Assembly: GCA_965246995.1 (NCBI GenBank)
Contig: OZ252008.1
Coordinates: forward strand, 883,986 to 947,985
Direction: 5' to 3'
Length of the DNA stretch: 64,000 bases
Origin: Vicinamibacterales bacterium
GTDB taxonomy: Bacteria; Acidobacteriota; Vicinamibacteria; Vicinamibacterales; UBA8438
The notes below the pieces were generated by a model. The model ran no database searches, was not told the DNA's origin, and saw nothing but the letters and a program-made list of their open reading frames with translations. The position numbers and the translations under genes are program-made. Positions within the stretch are counted from its first letter, which is position 1. Each line of letters opens with the position of its first letter. Shown one piece after another: positions 9,109 through 19,173 of the stretch.

Positions 9109-9918
9109 ATGGAGCGGGTACAGATTGCAATACCGGTGCGGGGATTCGGTGAGACTTCCCGGCGCGATACCTGGTGGCTGCAGCCGGCCGCTGTCTTTGC
9201 CGGCTTCACGGCCTTCATCGTCTACTCGACGTGGGCCGCGTTCCAGGGCGAGTACTACGCCTACGGCGGTTACCTGTCGCCGATGTACTCGCCGGAGATC
9301 CTGGGCGACTCGCCGCATGCCATGTTGGGGCCGTCGCCGGCGTGGTGGCCGGAGTGGCTACCCGTTGCATACTCGCCCACGTTCCTAATCCTTTGGGCGC
9401 CGCTCGGCTTCCGGTTCACCTGTTACTACTACCGGGGCGCGTACTACAAGGCGTTCTGGGCCGATCCGCCGTCGTGTGCGGTCGGCGAACCGCGGAACGT
9501 CTTCCGCGGCGAGAACTCGTTCCCGCTGATCCTGCAGAACGTCCACCGCTATTTCCTGTATTTCGTACTCATCTGGATCCTCGTGTTCTTTCCGTACGAT
9601 GTCTGGAACGCGCTCTGGTTCGAGGACGCGGCCGGTAACGTGTCGTTCGGCATCGGCGTCGGCACCCTCGTGCTCGTCCTCAACGTCGTGCTGCTCGGGA
9701 GCTACGTCTTCAGTTGCCACTCGCTCCGCCATCTCGTCGGCGGCCGGCGCGACTGCATCTCGGAGAATCCCGTGCAGCAACTCGCCTACGACTGCGTGAG
9801 CTGCCTGAACCGCCGCCACATGCTCTACGCCTGGCTCAGCCTCGTCTGGGTCGCGTTCGCCGATATCTACGTACGGCTTTGCGCGATGGGGATCTGGACC
9901 GACCTGCGCCTGCTCTGA
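9109..9918 (+). CDS. sdhC: Succinate dehydrogenase/fumarate reductase cytochrome b subunit (b558-type)
   Basis: Polytopic membrane protein lying immediately upstream of sdhA-sdhB, the B. subtilis-type gene order. It has several conserved-looking His in TM segments (QNVHRYF, CHSLRHL, RRHMLY). Start chosen at ATG 9109 and is uncertain. Confidence 0.7.
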   Translation: MERVQIAIPVRGFGETSRRDTWWLQPAAVFAGFTAFIVYSTWAAFQGEYYAYGGYLSPMYSPEILGDSPHAMLGPSPAWWPEWLPVAYSPTFLILWAPLGFRFTCYYYRGAYYKAFWADPPSCAVGEPRNVFRGENSFPLILQNVHRYFLYFVLIWILVFFPYDVWNALWFEDAAGNVSFGIGVGTLVLVLNVVLLGSYVFSCHSLRHLVGGRRDCISENPVQQLAYDCVSCLNRRHMLYAWLSLVWVAFADIYVRLCAMGIWTDLRLL

Positions 9919-9933
9919 TCGCGCAACCGTACG

Positions 9934-11751
9934 ATGGATTACCAGACGTTCGACCATGACATCCTCGTGATCGGCGCCGGCGGCGCCGGCCTCCGCGCGG
10001 CGATCGAAGCATCCGCGGCGCGCGTCTCGGTTGGCTTGGTCTGCAAGTCGCTCCTCGGCAAGGCGCATACCGTGATGGCCGAGGGCGGGATGGCGGCGGC
10101 GCTCGGCAACGTCGACGACCGGGATTCCTGGGAAACCCACTTCGCCGACACGATGCGGGGCGGGCAGTATCTGAACAACTGGCGGATGGTGGAGATCCAC
10201 GCGAAGGAGGCACCCGACCGGGTGCGCGAGCTCGAGGCGTGGGGCGCCGTCTTCGACCGGACTGCCGACGGGCGGATCCTGCAGCGCAACTACGGCGGCC
10301 ACCGCTATCCGCGCCTCGCGCACGTCGGTGACAGGACTGGGCTGGAGATGATCCGGACCCTGCAGGACCATGGCATCCACCAGGGGATCGACGTGCACAT
10401 GGAGTGCACTGTCGTCGAGCTGCTGAAGGACGGCGACCGGGTTGTCGGCGCGTTCGGCTACGACCGCGAGCGGGGACGGTTCCGGGTCTTCAGGGCCAAG
10501 GCGGTCGTGCTGGCCTCGGGCGGCATCGGCCGCGCCTTCAAGGTGACGTCGAACAGTTGGGAGTACACCGGCGACGGACAGGCACTCGCCTACCGCGCCG
10601 GCGCCGAGCTGCTGGACATGGAGTTCGTACAGTTCCATCCGAGCGGGATGGTCTGGCCGCCGTCGGTCCGGGGCATCCTGGTGACCGAAGGAGTGCGGGG
10701 CGAGGGGGGCGTGCTGCGCAACAGCGAGGGCCGCCGCTTCATGTTCGACGACATCCCCGACCTCTACAAGCACCAGACCGCCGACAACGAGGAAGAGGGG
10801 TGGCGCTACACGCAGGGGGACAAGGAGGCACGGAGGCCGCCCGAGCTGCTGACGCGCGACCACGTGGCGCGCTGCATCGTCCGGCAGATCAAGGAAGGCC
10901 GCGGCAGCCCGCACGGTGGCGTCTTCCTGGACATCGCCTGGATCAAGGCGAGGTTGCCGAACGGCGCGGAGCACATCCGGAAGAAGCTGCCGAGCATGTA
11001 CCACCAATTCAAGCAGCTTGCCAGCATCGACATTACCGAAACGCCGATGGAGGTTGGGCCGACCACCCACTACGTCATGGGAGGTGTACGCGTCGACGCC
11101 GACTCGCAGGTGTCGGCGGTGCCGGGGCTGTTCGCCGCCGGCGAAGTGGCGTCCGGCCTGAACGGCGCCAACCGGTTGGGAGGCAACTCGCTTTCGGATC
11201 TGCTGGTCTTCGGCAAGCGCGCCGGCGAGTACGCGGCGGCGTTCGCGAAGAAGCAGGGGCATGGCCGCGTCGACGACGCCGAGGTGGAGCGGGCGGCGCG
11301 AATGGCCCTCGAGCCGCTGGAACGACAGGGCAGCGGCGAGGCGCCGTACCAACTGCAGTACGAGCTGCAGGACCTGATGCAGAGCCAAGTGGGGATCGTC
11401 CGGAATGACAGTGAGCTCCGCGCCGCGCTCGACAGCCTGCTCCGGCTGCGGGAGCGCGTGAAGCGGGTCGAGGCGCCGGGCAACCGGGAGTACAACACCG
11501 GCTGGCACACTGCGCTCGACCTGCGCAACCTGATGGTGGTGTCCGAGGCGGTGACACGCTCCGCCATCGAGCGGCAGGAGAGCCGGGGCGCCCACTTCCG
11601 CGAGGACTACCTCGGGAAGGACGAGACGTGGGGCAAGACCTCGCTCGTGATCCGCCGGGGGGAGGGGGGCGCGATGGAGGTGCGGCGAGAGCCGATCCCG
11701 CCGCTCCCCGATAACCTGCAGCGGATTATCGACGACAGCCAGAAGAGCTGA
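9934..11751 (+). CDS. sdhA: Succinate dehydrogenase flavoprotein subunit
   Basis: 605 aa with VIGAGGAGLRAA, the covalent-FAD His region AHTVMAEGG, and the HPSG and RLGGNSL blocks. Confidence 0.95.
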   Translation: MDYQTFDHDILVIGAGGAGLRAAIEASAARVSVGLVCKSLLGKAHTVMAEGGMAAALGNVDDRDSWETHFADTMRGGQYLNNWRMVEIHAKEAPDRVRELEAWGAVFDRTADGRILQRNYGGHRYPRLAHVGDRTGLEMIRTLQDHGIHQGIDVHMECTVVELLKDGDRVVGAFGYDRERGRFRVFRAKAVVLASGGIGRAFKVTSNSWEYTGDGQALAYRAGAELLDMEFVQFHPSGMVWPPSVRGILVTEGVRGEGGVLRNSEGRRFMFDDIPDLYKHQTADNEEEGWRYTQGDKEARRPPELLTRDHVARCIVRQIKEGRGSPHGGVFLDIAWIKARLPNGAEHIRKKLPSMYHQFKQLASIDITETPMEVGPTTHYVMGGVRVDADSQVSAVPGLFAAGEVASGLNGANRLGGNSLSDLLVFGKRAGEYAAAFAKKQGHGRVDDAEVERAARMALEPLERQGSGEAPYQLQYELQDLMQSQVGIVRNDSELRAALDSLLRLRERVKRVEAPGNREYNTGWHTALDLRNLMVVSEAVTRSAIERQESRGAHFREDYLGKDETWGKTSLVIRRGEGGAMEVRREPIPPLPDNLQRIIDDSQKS

Positions 11752-11767
11752 CGGATCGGGGGGCGAG

Positions 11768-12508
11768 ATGGCAAGCACGACTTTCAGGATCTGGCGGGGC
11801 GGCCGGGACGGGGGCGCGTACGAGGACTACACCACCGAGGTTTCCGAGGGAATGGTGGTGCTCGACGCGGTTCACCAGGTGCAGGCGGAATCAGCCAACG
11901 ATCTGGCGGTCCGATGGAACTGCAAGGCGGGCAAGTGCGGTAGCTGCTCGGCCGAGGTCAACGGCCACCCAAAATTGATGTGCATGACGCGTCTCAGCAG
12001 CCTCAATCTCGACGAGCCGGTGACGATCGAGCCGATCAAGGCATTCCCGCCGATTCGCGATCTCGTGACCGACGTCTCGTGGAACTACGAGGTCAAGAAA
12101 CGGATCAAGCCGTTCAAGCCGCGCCCGCCCGACGCCGAGGACGGCACGTGGCGGATGGCGCAGTCCGACGCCGAGCGGGTTCAGGAGTTCCGGAAGTGCA
12201 TCGAGTGCTTCCTCTGCCAGGACGTCTGTCACGTCTTGCGCGACCATCGGTTGCACCACGAGTTCATCGGCCCGCGGTACTTCGTCTACACGGCCGCGCT
12301 CGAGATGAATCCGCTCGACACGGAGGATCGGACCGACGATCTCGCAAACGCCTTCGGCGTCGGATACTGCAACATCACCCAGTGCTGCACGGAGGTCTGC
12401 CCGGAAGAGATCACCATTACCGACAACGCGATCATCCCGCTGAAGGAACGCGTCGTCGATCGTCTGTACGATCCGCTCACGCGCCTGCTCCGCATGTTCC
12501 GGTCCTAG
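11768..12508 (+). CDS. sdhB: Succinate dehydrogenase iron-sulfur subunit
   Basis: 246 aa with three Cys clusters: CKAGKCGSCSAEV, CIECFLCQDVC and CNITQCCTEVCP. Confidence 0.95.
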   Translation: MASTTFRIWRGGRDGGAYEDYTTEVSEGMVVLDAVHQVQAESANDLAVRWNCKAGKCGSCSAEVNGHPKLMCMTRLSSLNLDEPVTIEPIKAFPPIRDLVTDVSWNYEVKKRIKPFKPRPPDAEDGTWRMAQSDAERVQEFRKCIECFLCQDVCHVLRDHRLHHEFIGPRYFVYTAALEMNPLDTEDRTDDLANAFGVGYCNITQCCTEVCPEEITITDNAIIPLKERVVDRLYDPLTRLLRMFRS

Positions 12509-12512
12509 CAAT

Positions 12513-13943
12513 CTAGCGGGACGTCCGCACGAACGTCACGCCGACGCAGGTGGCCATGTTCACCGCGAGCGCGACGATGCCGGCGTGAATGTCCCAGACC
12601 TCCGGCTGCCCGATCAACAGCAGGCCGGCGTAAGTGGCGCATCCGGCCAGCATGCCGCTGAAGGCGGCAGCGGTGGTCAGGCGACGCCAGCCGACACCCA
12701 GGATGAAGAGCGGAGCCACCTGGGCGAGGATTTCCATCTTGATCTCGGTCAGGCCCCAGAGTGTGACGCGGGGCGCGAGCGCGATCGCCACCAGCGCGCC
12801 TACAACCACCCAGGACAGCCGCTTGCCGATACGAGTGAGTTGCGCCTCCGGCGCCCCCCGCAGGAGCGTTGTGCCGACGATGTCTTTCGCCAGGATCGAC
12901 GAGAGGCTCAGCAGCACCGAGTCGGCGGTCGACATGACGGCGGCCACGACGGCTGTGATGACGACGACGCAGAGGATGTACAAGAGCAGCGATCGTCCCG
13001 CCCAGGCATTCAGCAGGGTGGGCATTACCTGATCCGCCTCTCCGATGCTCCCGAGTTCGGCGATGGCGAGAATCCCCACCATGAACATGACGCCGGTGGT
13101 CACCAGCGGCAGGAAAACCATGATGCTGAACGCCCGCTTCAGCGTGGCGGCGTCGCGTGCGGCGTAGATCCGCTGAATCGCGTGGGGATAGACGGCGCCG
13201 GACAACCCGATCAGCAGGATCGTCGAGAACCAGTTGCGCGACACGTCCCATCCGGGGACGGCCACCTTCTCCGGCGCCTCTGCAGCCACCGCGGCCGTCA
13301 GTTCGGCGAGATGCCCCGGCGTCGGCACGACGGCGAGCAGCAGGCCGACCAGTCCGACCAGCAGCATGATTCCCTGTACGCAGTCCGTCCAGGCGACGGC
13401 ACGCATCCCGCCTACTGTCTCGTAGACGATCACGACGAGCGTCAGCAGCACGACGCCGACCCAGTAGGGGATCGCGCCGTCCGTAAGTCCCTCGGTGACA
13501 TGGCCCATTGCCATCAGTTGCGCCAGCAGGTAGTTCGAGATCGCGAGGATCAGCAGGACATTCGCGATCAGCGTGAGTCTTGGCGAGTTGAACCGGTAGT
13601 CAATCCAGTCGCCTGGTGTGACGAAATGATGGCGGTGTGCGAGCACATGCAGGCGCGGGGCAAACAACAGGTAGGCGACGATGATCGCCATCATGAACCC
13701 GACGCTCATTACCCAGGCGTAGCCCAGCCGGACCGCTTCTCCGGGATAGCCGAGCAATGTGTTGCCGCTGTACTGCGTCGCGTAGAGCGTCAGAAGCAGG
13801 ACGAAGCCTCCGAGGTTGCGGCCGGCGAGGTAGAAGTCGCCCAGTCCGGTCCGCGCGCCATGGCGTCGCGTCGCCCAGCCGACCCCGATCAGCACGAGGA
13901 GGTAGAGGCCGACGGCAATGCCGGCGCCGGCCGTGAGGCTCAT
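12513..13943 (-). CDS. Sodium:solute symporter family (SSF) transporter
   Basis: 476-aa protein with about 13 TM segments and SSF-like composition. Its start overlaps (ATGA) the stop of a small DUF3311-like membrane protein, a pairing typical of this family. Confidence 0.85.
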   Translation of the reverse strand: MSLTAGAGIAVGLYLLVLIGVGWATRRHGARTGLGDFYLAGRNLGGFVLLLTLYATQYSGNTLLGYPGEAVRLGYAWVMSVGFMMAIIVAYLLFAPRLHVLAHRHHFVTPGDWIDYRFNSPRLTLIANVLLILAISNYLLAQLMAMGHVTEGLTDGAIPYWVGVVLLTLVVIVYETVGGMRAVAWTDCVQGIMLLVGLVGLLLAVVPTPGHLAELTAAVAAEAPEKVAVPGWDVSRNWFSTILLIGLSGAVYPHAIQRIYAARDAATLKRAFSIMVFLPLVTTGVMFMVGILAIAELGSIGEADQVMPTLLNAWAGRSLLLYILCVVVITAVVAAVMSTADSVLLSLSSILAKDIVGTTLLRGAPEAQLTRIGKRLSWVVVGALVAIALAPRVTLWGLTEIKMEILAQVAPLFILGVGWRRLTTAAAFSGMLAGCATYAGLLLIGQPEVWDIHAGIVALAVNMATCVGVTFVRTSR

Positions 13944-14227
13944 GGCCCGGGGGAATTGGCCGCGGCACCGTCGCGCCCGGCTGGTGGGTCAGCCGGGACA
14001 TCGTCGCCCGGAACGGGCCAGTAGTGACGTACCACCCACACCGTAAAGAGGGCGACGCCCAGGTACGCGGCCAGCGAGATCACAACCCAGTGGGGCAAGC
14101 CGAACCAGAGGCGAAGCGGTTCACCTTCCGGCAGGTACCATGGAATCGACCCGGCGAAGAGACAGAGATAGACCGCCCAGATCCAGAAGTGCGAACGGGG
14201 TTCGACCCGATCGGACTTGGCCGGCAT
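13940..14227 (-). CDS. Small two-TM membrane protein (DUF3311-like SSF partner)
   Basis: Start at ATG 14227 (MPAKSDRVEPRSHFWIWAVYLCLFAGSIPWY...). It is translationally coupled to the SSF gene by a 4-nt overlap. Confidence 0.6.
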   Translation of the reverse strand: MPAKSDRVEPRSHFWIWAVYLCLFAGSIPWYLPEGEPLRLWFGLPHWVVISLAAYLGVALFTVWVVRHYWPVPGDDVPADPPAGRDGAAANSPGP

Positions 14228-14311
14228 GTTCGCGGAGTGGGGTGCCGGCGCCACGCGGCGGGAGCCCGACCCGTGCGCCTATGATAGTGCAATGAACTGG
14301 AGGGGGTGTTG

Positions 14312-15241
14312 ATGATGCGGACGACACAACCATCGCGCGCGCGATGGCATCTGGGAGTAGTGGCCGCCTGCGCCCTGGCAGTCGCGACCGGCGTGTCGGT
14401 GGCCGGACAGGCGGAGGTGTCGCTCGACGGCGTCGTCGATCTTCACACCCATGCCGGCCCTGACTCCCGGCCCCGCTCGGTGAACGACATCGAGGCGGCG
14501 CGCGGCGCGCAAGCGGCTGGAATGCGCGCCATCCTGCTCAAGAACCACTTCACGATGACCGCCGACCGCGCGGCGATCGCCATGGCCGAGGTGGGCGGTA
14601 TCGAGATTTTCGGTGGCGTCGTGCTGAACCGCGCCGTCGGCGGGATCAACCCGGAGGCGGTCCGGCAGATGGCGACCTTCTCGGGCGGGCGCGGGAAGGT
14701 GGTGTGGCTGCCGACATTCGATGCGGAGTACTACGTCACCGCGGCGGGCGGTGGCGAGCCGTTCGTGTCGATCCTGGAGGACGGCGAACCACTGCCGGCG
14801 GTGCTCGAGGTTTTCGACCTGATAGCCGAACATGACCTGACGCTCGCCATGGGGCACTCGGCTCCCGAAGAGGTGCTCCGTCTGCTTCCGGAGGCGGCCG
14901 CGCGGGGCGTCGAGCGGATCCTGGTGACGCATGTCTTCAGCCAGGGCGCAACGATGGATCAGATGCGCGAGATGGCCGAGTCGGGCGCGATCATGGAGAT
15001 CGACTGGCTCGCGGTCTACTCCGGGAACCGTCCGCTGGAAGACTATGTCGCCGCTATCGACGAACTCGGCGCGTCGGCTTTCGTGATGTCGTCAGACTTG
15101 GGCCAAGCGGGCAACCCGGCGCACGCGGAAGGTCTGCGCGCGTACATTCGCGCCATGCGCGACGCGGGCATTTCGACCGACACGATCGACCTGATGATAC
15201 GGCGCAACCCGGCTCGCCTGCTCGGACTCGATCCGTGGTGA
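14312..15241 (+). CDS. Secreted amidohydrolase-superfamily metal hydrolase (function unknown)
   Basis: Signal peptide ending VAGQAEV. HxH motif (VDLHTHAGPD) at the start of the mature domain. GGAGGGGG SD upstream. Start at ATG 14312; the track begins at GTG 14306. Confidence 0.6.
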   Translation: MMRTTQPSRARWHLGVVAACALAVATGVSVAGQAEVSLDGVVDLHTHAGPDSRPRSVNDIEAARGAQAAGMRAILLKNHFTMTADRAAIAMAEVGGIEIFGGVVLNRAVGGINPEAVRQMATFSGGRGKVVWLPTFDAEYYVTAAGGGEPFVSILEDGEPLPAVLEVFDLIAEHDLTLAMGHSAPEEVLRLLPEAAARGVERILVTHVFSQGATMDQMREMAESGAIMEIDWLAVYSGNRPLEDYVAAIDELGASAFVMSSDLGQAGNPAHAEGLRAYIRAMRDAGISTDTIDLMIRRNPARLLGLDPW

Positions 15242-15281
15242 CCCCGCGATCCCCAGCCGCCGTCAGTTCCCGCCCGCGACC

Positions 15282-16148
15282 ATGACCGCCATCGTCCGCC
15301 TCGTCCGGCCGCGCGACTGGCTGAAGAACGTCTTCGTACTGATGCCGCTGCCGTTCGCGCTCGGAGCGACCGGGACGTTCGATCCGGTGGTGGTCGCGGT
15401 CGGCTTGGCCGCGATGAGCCTCGTCAGCTCCGCCGCCTACGTCTTCAACGACTTGTGGGACGCCGACCGCGACCGGGCGCATCCTGACAAGCAGCACCGC
15501 CCGATCGCCGCGGGCGCCGTCTCACCGGTCGCGGCCGGTGTGTTGTGTGCCGGTCTGGCCGCCGTCGGCGGGGCACTTGCGTTCGTCGGCGCGCCGCCCT
15601 CTGCGGGGATCGTCCTGCTCGCCTACATCGGCCTGCAACTCGTCTATACGCTGTACGGCAAGCACCTTCCGCTGGTCGACGTCGTTCTGCTCTCGTCCGG
15701 CTTCGTTTTACGCGTGCTCCTCGGATGCGCCCTGGTCGGCGTGGCGCCCTCCAGTTGGCTGCTGCTTTGCTCGTCGTCGCTCGCGCTTTTTCTGGCCCTC
15801 GCCAAGCGGCGTGGCGATCTGCTGCGCGGTGTCGATGACACGCACCGACCGAGCTTGGCGGGCTACAGCCTGGTGTTTCTGGAACAGAGCCTGACGATCG
15901 CCGCCGGACTGACGATCATGGCGTATGCCCTCTACTGCATGGACGCTCCGGTGCTGGTCCCGGGGCGGGAGTTCCTGACCCTGCCGTTCGTCGTCTTCGG
16001 CGTGCTCGAATACCTCCGGATGGTTCACGTGCACGCGGCAGGTGCGGCGCCGGTGAACGTCCTGCTGTCTTCCCGGTCGCTGCTCGTCTGCGGCGCCTCT
16101 TGGGTTCTCGCCACGATCTACAGCGTCGGATCGGTCGCCGGACCGTGA
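15282..16148 (+). CDS. UbiA-family prenyl-phosphate phosphoribosyltransferase (decaprenyl-phosphate PRPP transferase-like)
   Basis: 288-aa polytopic protein. The N-terminus LVRPRDWLKNVFVLMPLPFA and the NDLWDADRDRAHPDKQHRPIAAG motif are characteristic of the DPPR synthase clade of UbiA. DprE1- and DprE2-like genes follow. Confidence 0.75.
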   Translation: MTAIVRLVRPRDWLKNVFVLMPLPFALGATGTFDPVVVAVGLAAMSLVSSAAYVFNDLWDADRDRAHPDKQHRPIAAGAVSPVAAGVLCAGLAAVGGALAFVGAPPSAGIVLLAYIGLQLVYTLYGKHLPLVDVVLLSSGFVLRVLLGCALVGVAPSSWLLLCSSSLALFLALAKRRGDLLRGVDDTHRPSLAGYSLVFLEQSLTIAAGLTIMAYALYCMDAPVLVPGREFLTLPFVVFGVLEYLRMVHVHAAGAAPVNVLLSSRSLLVCGASWVLATIYSVGSVAGP

Positions 16149-16161
16149 GCGAGGTCCCGCG

Positions 16162-17490
16162 ATGAGGCACCGGGAATCGACAGTCAGCGGCTGGGGTCGC
16201 GTCGGCGTTGCCGGTCGCGAGGTCTGCTCGGATGACCTGGTGCGACTGAGTGAGCAGGCGATCCTGTTCCGCGGGCTTGGCCGGTCGTACGGCGATGCGT
16301 CACTTCCGCCACCCTCGGCGCCGGAAGTCGCCTCCACGGTGCTGGGCGACCGGCTGATCGCATTCGACGAGACTACCGGACAGCTCCGGGCGGAGGCGGG
16401 AGTGAGCCTGGCGTCCCTGGCGGAAGCGTTCCTGCCACGCGGCTGGTTCGTGCCGGTCACTCCCGGCACGCGCTTCGTCACGCTGGGTGGCATGGTGGCG
16501 GCAGACGTGCATGGGAAGAACCATCATGTCGATGGCTGCATAGGCGCGCATGTCGACGCGCTGCGCCTCCGTGTCGCGGACGGCCGGATCGTCGACTGTT
16601 CGCCGCGGGTAGAGCCTGAACTGTTCCATGCCACGGTTGGCGGGATGGGATTGACCGGACATATCCTCGAGGTGGCGTTGCGCATGTCGCGTGTGCCATC
16701 CCCCTGGATTCAGCGGGAGAGTGTCCGCGCATCCGGTATCGATCCGTTGATCGACGCACTGGAGGCGTCGAGTGCAAGCTGGCCCTTCACGGTGGCCTGG
16801 GCCGATCTGTTGGCGCGTGGCGCGCAGCTCGGACGCGGGATTGTCTATCGGGGACGCTGGGCGGATCCCCCCGACCGGTCACCCGGGGTCCCGGCGCCGC
16901 CCGCCGCGGTCGACGTGCCGTGCGAGCCGCCGGAATGGCTGCTGAACCGCGCTTCGATCGGCCTGTTCAACGCTGTGCGGTACGGCCTGCATGGCGGTGG
17001 GACGCGCCGGGGCGTCGAGTCGCCGTACAGCTTCTTCTATCCGCTCGACCGGATCGCGAACTGGAACCGGCTGTACGGCCGCCGCGGATTCACCCAGTAC
17101 CAGTGCGTGGTCCCGGAATCGCACGGGTTGGATGGAGTCCGGCAGGTGCTCGATCTGATTGCCCGGCGTCGCGCACCGGTGTTTCTCTGTGTCATCAAGA
17201 ACTGTGGGGACGAAGGCCGAGGCCTGCTGTCGTTTCCGCTCCGCGGGATGTCGATCGCAATCGACCTGCCGGTCGGCGACGGCATTCAGGAGCTGATCGA
17301 CGCGCTGAACGAGTTGTTGATTGATCTGGGGGGGCGGATCTACCTCGCGAAGGATGCCTTCACCCGGCCGGAGCACTTCCGGGCGATGGAGCCGCGGCTC
17401 GACGGTTGGATGGTAGTACGGCGGCGGTGGGATCCGGAGCGGCGCTTCCGGAGCGCGCAATCGGTCCGCATTCTGGGCGATCCGGCATGA
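16162..17490 (+). CDS. FAD-binding oxidoreductase, DprE1-like
   Basis: 442 aa with a PCMH-type FAD domain (GWGR..., RGLGRSYGDASL). The stop overlaps the next start (ATGA at 17487-17490). Confidence 0.75.
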   Translation: MRHRESTVSGWGRVGVAGREVCSDDLVRLSEQAILFRGLGRSYGDASLPPPSAPEVASTVLGDRLIAFDETTGQLRAEAGVSLASLAEAFLPRGWFVPVTPGTRFVTLGGMVAADVHGKNHHVDGCIGAHVDALRLRVADGRIVDCSPRVEPELFHATVGGMGLTGHILEVALRMSRVPSPWIQRESVRASGIDPLIDALEASSASWPFTVAWADLLARGAQLGRGIVYRGRWADPPDRSPGVPAPPAAVDVPCEPPEWLLNRASIGLFNAVRYGLHGGGTRRGVESPYSFFYPLDRIANWNRLYGRRGFTQYQCVVPESHGLDGVRQVLDLIARRRAPVFLCVIKNCGDEGRGLLSFPLRGMSIAIDLPVGDGIQELIDALNELLIDLGGRIYLAKDAFTRPEHFRAMEPRLDGWMVVRRRWDPERRFRSAQSVRILGDPA

Positions 17491-18230
17491 ACGTTGTCCT
17501 TCTCGGAGCGACGCGCGGAATGGGACGCGCCGTCGCCAGATTGCTCGCTGAACGGGGCGATGTGGTTTGTCTGCTGGGACGTAACCGTGACGCGCTCGAT
17601 GCATCCGCGCGTGACCTGCAGGTGCGGGCCGGGCTGCCGGCGCCACCCCCGGTGGGGTACTGCGATCTCGAGCGGCCTGACAGCTTCGGTCCCGCCCTGG
17701 ACGCAGCGTCAGCGGTGCTGGGCCGGATCGACGCGGTGGTGGTGACCGCCGGTCGCTTCGCGACGGAGGACGATCTCGCCGCCTCGGAACCGGACGCGGC
17801 ACGAACCCTCGCTACTGTCAATTTCGCGAACACCGTCGGCTTCTGCGAAGCGGCGCGGCGGCGGCTGCTAGCGGACGGTGGCGGCACGCTGTGCGTATTC
17901 TCGTCCGTCGCGGGTGATCGGGGGCGGGCGTCGCTTGCAACCTACGGCGCGACGAAGGCGGGACTCACCGCGTACCTCGAGGGGCTCGATCACCGGTACG
18001 CGCGGGAGGGTTTGCAGGTCGTCTGCGTCAAGCCGGGCTTTGTCCGGACGGAGATGACCACGGGTCTGAAGCCGCCGCCGTTCGCCAGTGACCCCGATCC
18101 GGTGGCGCGGCGGGTTGTTCGCGCGATCGACCACGGGGTGCCTGTCGTCTACGCGCCGGCCATTTGGCGCTGGGTGATGCTGGTGGTCCGTTGGCTGCCG
18201 CGCGCGATCATGCGTCGCGCCGGCTTCTGA
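17487..18230 (+). CDS. Short-chain dehydrogenase/reductase, DprE2-like
   Basis: MNVVLLGATRGMGRAV Rossmann motif and YGATKAG (YxxxK). Translationally coupled to the DprE1-like gene. Confidence 0.75.
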   Translation: MNVVLLGATRGMGRAVARLLAERGDVVCLLGRNRDALDASARDLQVRAGLPAPPPVGYCDLERPDSFGPALDAASAVLGRIDAVVVTAGRFATEDDLAASEPDAARTLATVNFANTVGFCEAARRRLLADGGGTLCVFSSVAGDRGRASLATYGATKAGLTAYLEGLDHRYAREGLQVVCVKPGFVRTEMTTGLKPPPFASDPDPVARRVVRAIDHGVPVVYAPAIWRWVMLVVRWLPRAIMRRAGF

Positions 18231-19173
18231 GCTGCGGGTCGTCGCGGTCCCAGCCCTCGAGCTTCCGTTCGAGCGCTTCTTCCGCTTCCCACTCGCGCCG
18301 GCGCTCGGCGCGACGCAGCCGGTGGCGCCAGATCGCGGCAAGTGCCAAAGTGGTAATCGCGGTCCAGATGGTGAATGGGCTGGCGACGAACGTGATCCAT
18401 TCTTCCCAGCCGCCGGCACTACGCCAGAAGGCCCGTGTCGCGCCCCGCACGGTGGTGCCGGTCGCGCCGATGAAGGCGCTGTCGAACGTCGCCCCGGCTG
18501 CGACCTCCGTCAGGATGCGTGGCACGACCGAAACGCCGTGGCGCCGGATCACATCGCGGACAATCGCGTGCGAAATGATGTAGGCGCGCGACACGTTCGC
18601 AGGATCACCCGCAAACAGCCCCTCGAGTTCGGTAACCGTCGGCTGATCGGCGAAGAACGTGGCGCGGAGAAACCGGGTCCGGTTCGCAACCCCCCAGGTC
18701 CGTTCCGCGACGCTGGCAAGTCCCTCGCTGAACCAGCGTGGCAGTCGTCCGCCACCCGCCGCGCGAGACGCGAGGATGTGCGCCGCCTCGTGGTGCAGCA
18801 CCACCTCCAGCGAGTCATGCGGATACGATCCGATGCGCGCGGGAAACAGCACGACGAGATCGTTCGACGGATCGGCGAAAGCGGCCACCCACGGCGGCAG
18901 GTCGCGCGCGAGTCGCGAGTCTTCCGGGATGATCGCGACACGGATCGGATCGCCCGGTTCCGTGAGGCCGACGAGACGCGTGACGGCGCCGAGCCGCTCG
19001 CTTTCGAGACCGCGCACCTGATCGGCCACCGCGCGGAGGCTCTCGGGTGCGCTGACGACTATCTCAGGTGGTCGCGACTGTGCTTCGGCCGGCCGGCCCG
19101 CGGCGATCGCGGCAACGATCGGCACGAGAGCGAACGTGGCGACGGTCTGCCGCCTGCGCGGCTTCGATCTCAT
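18208..19173 (-). CDS. Secreted/membrane-anchored HExxH metallopeptidase-like protein (peptidase MA-like)
   Basis: Start at ATG 19173 ([32 protein letters not shown] is a signal peptide). HExxH motif at [12 protein letters not shown]-terminal TM helix plus a charged tail. ATGA overlap with the queF stop. Confidence 0.55.
   Translation of the reverse strand: MRSKPRRRQTVATFALVPIVAAIAAGRPAEAQSRPPEIVVSAPESLRAVADQVRGLESERLGAVTRLVGLTEPGDPIRVAIIPEDSRLARDLPPWVAAFADPSNDLVVLFPARIGSYPHDSLEVVLHHEAAHILASRAAGGGRLPRWFSEGLASVAERTWGVANRTRFLRATFFADQPTVTELEGLFAGDPANVSRAYIISHAIVRDVIRRHGVSVVPRILTEVAAGATFDSAFIGATGTTVRGATRAFWRSAGGWEEWITFVASPFTIWTAITTLALAAIWRHRLRRAERRREWEAEEALERKLEGWDRDDPQLRSRRDA

Noticed and set aside
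9385-11778. 797-aa ORF on the minus strand
   Set aside because: It is antisense to sdhC and sdhA. It has a low-complexity Arg/Pro/Leu-rich composition and no motifs.
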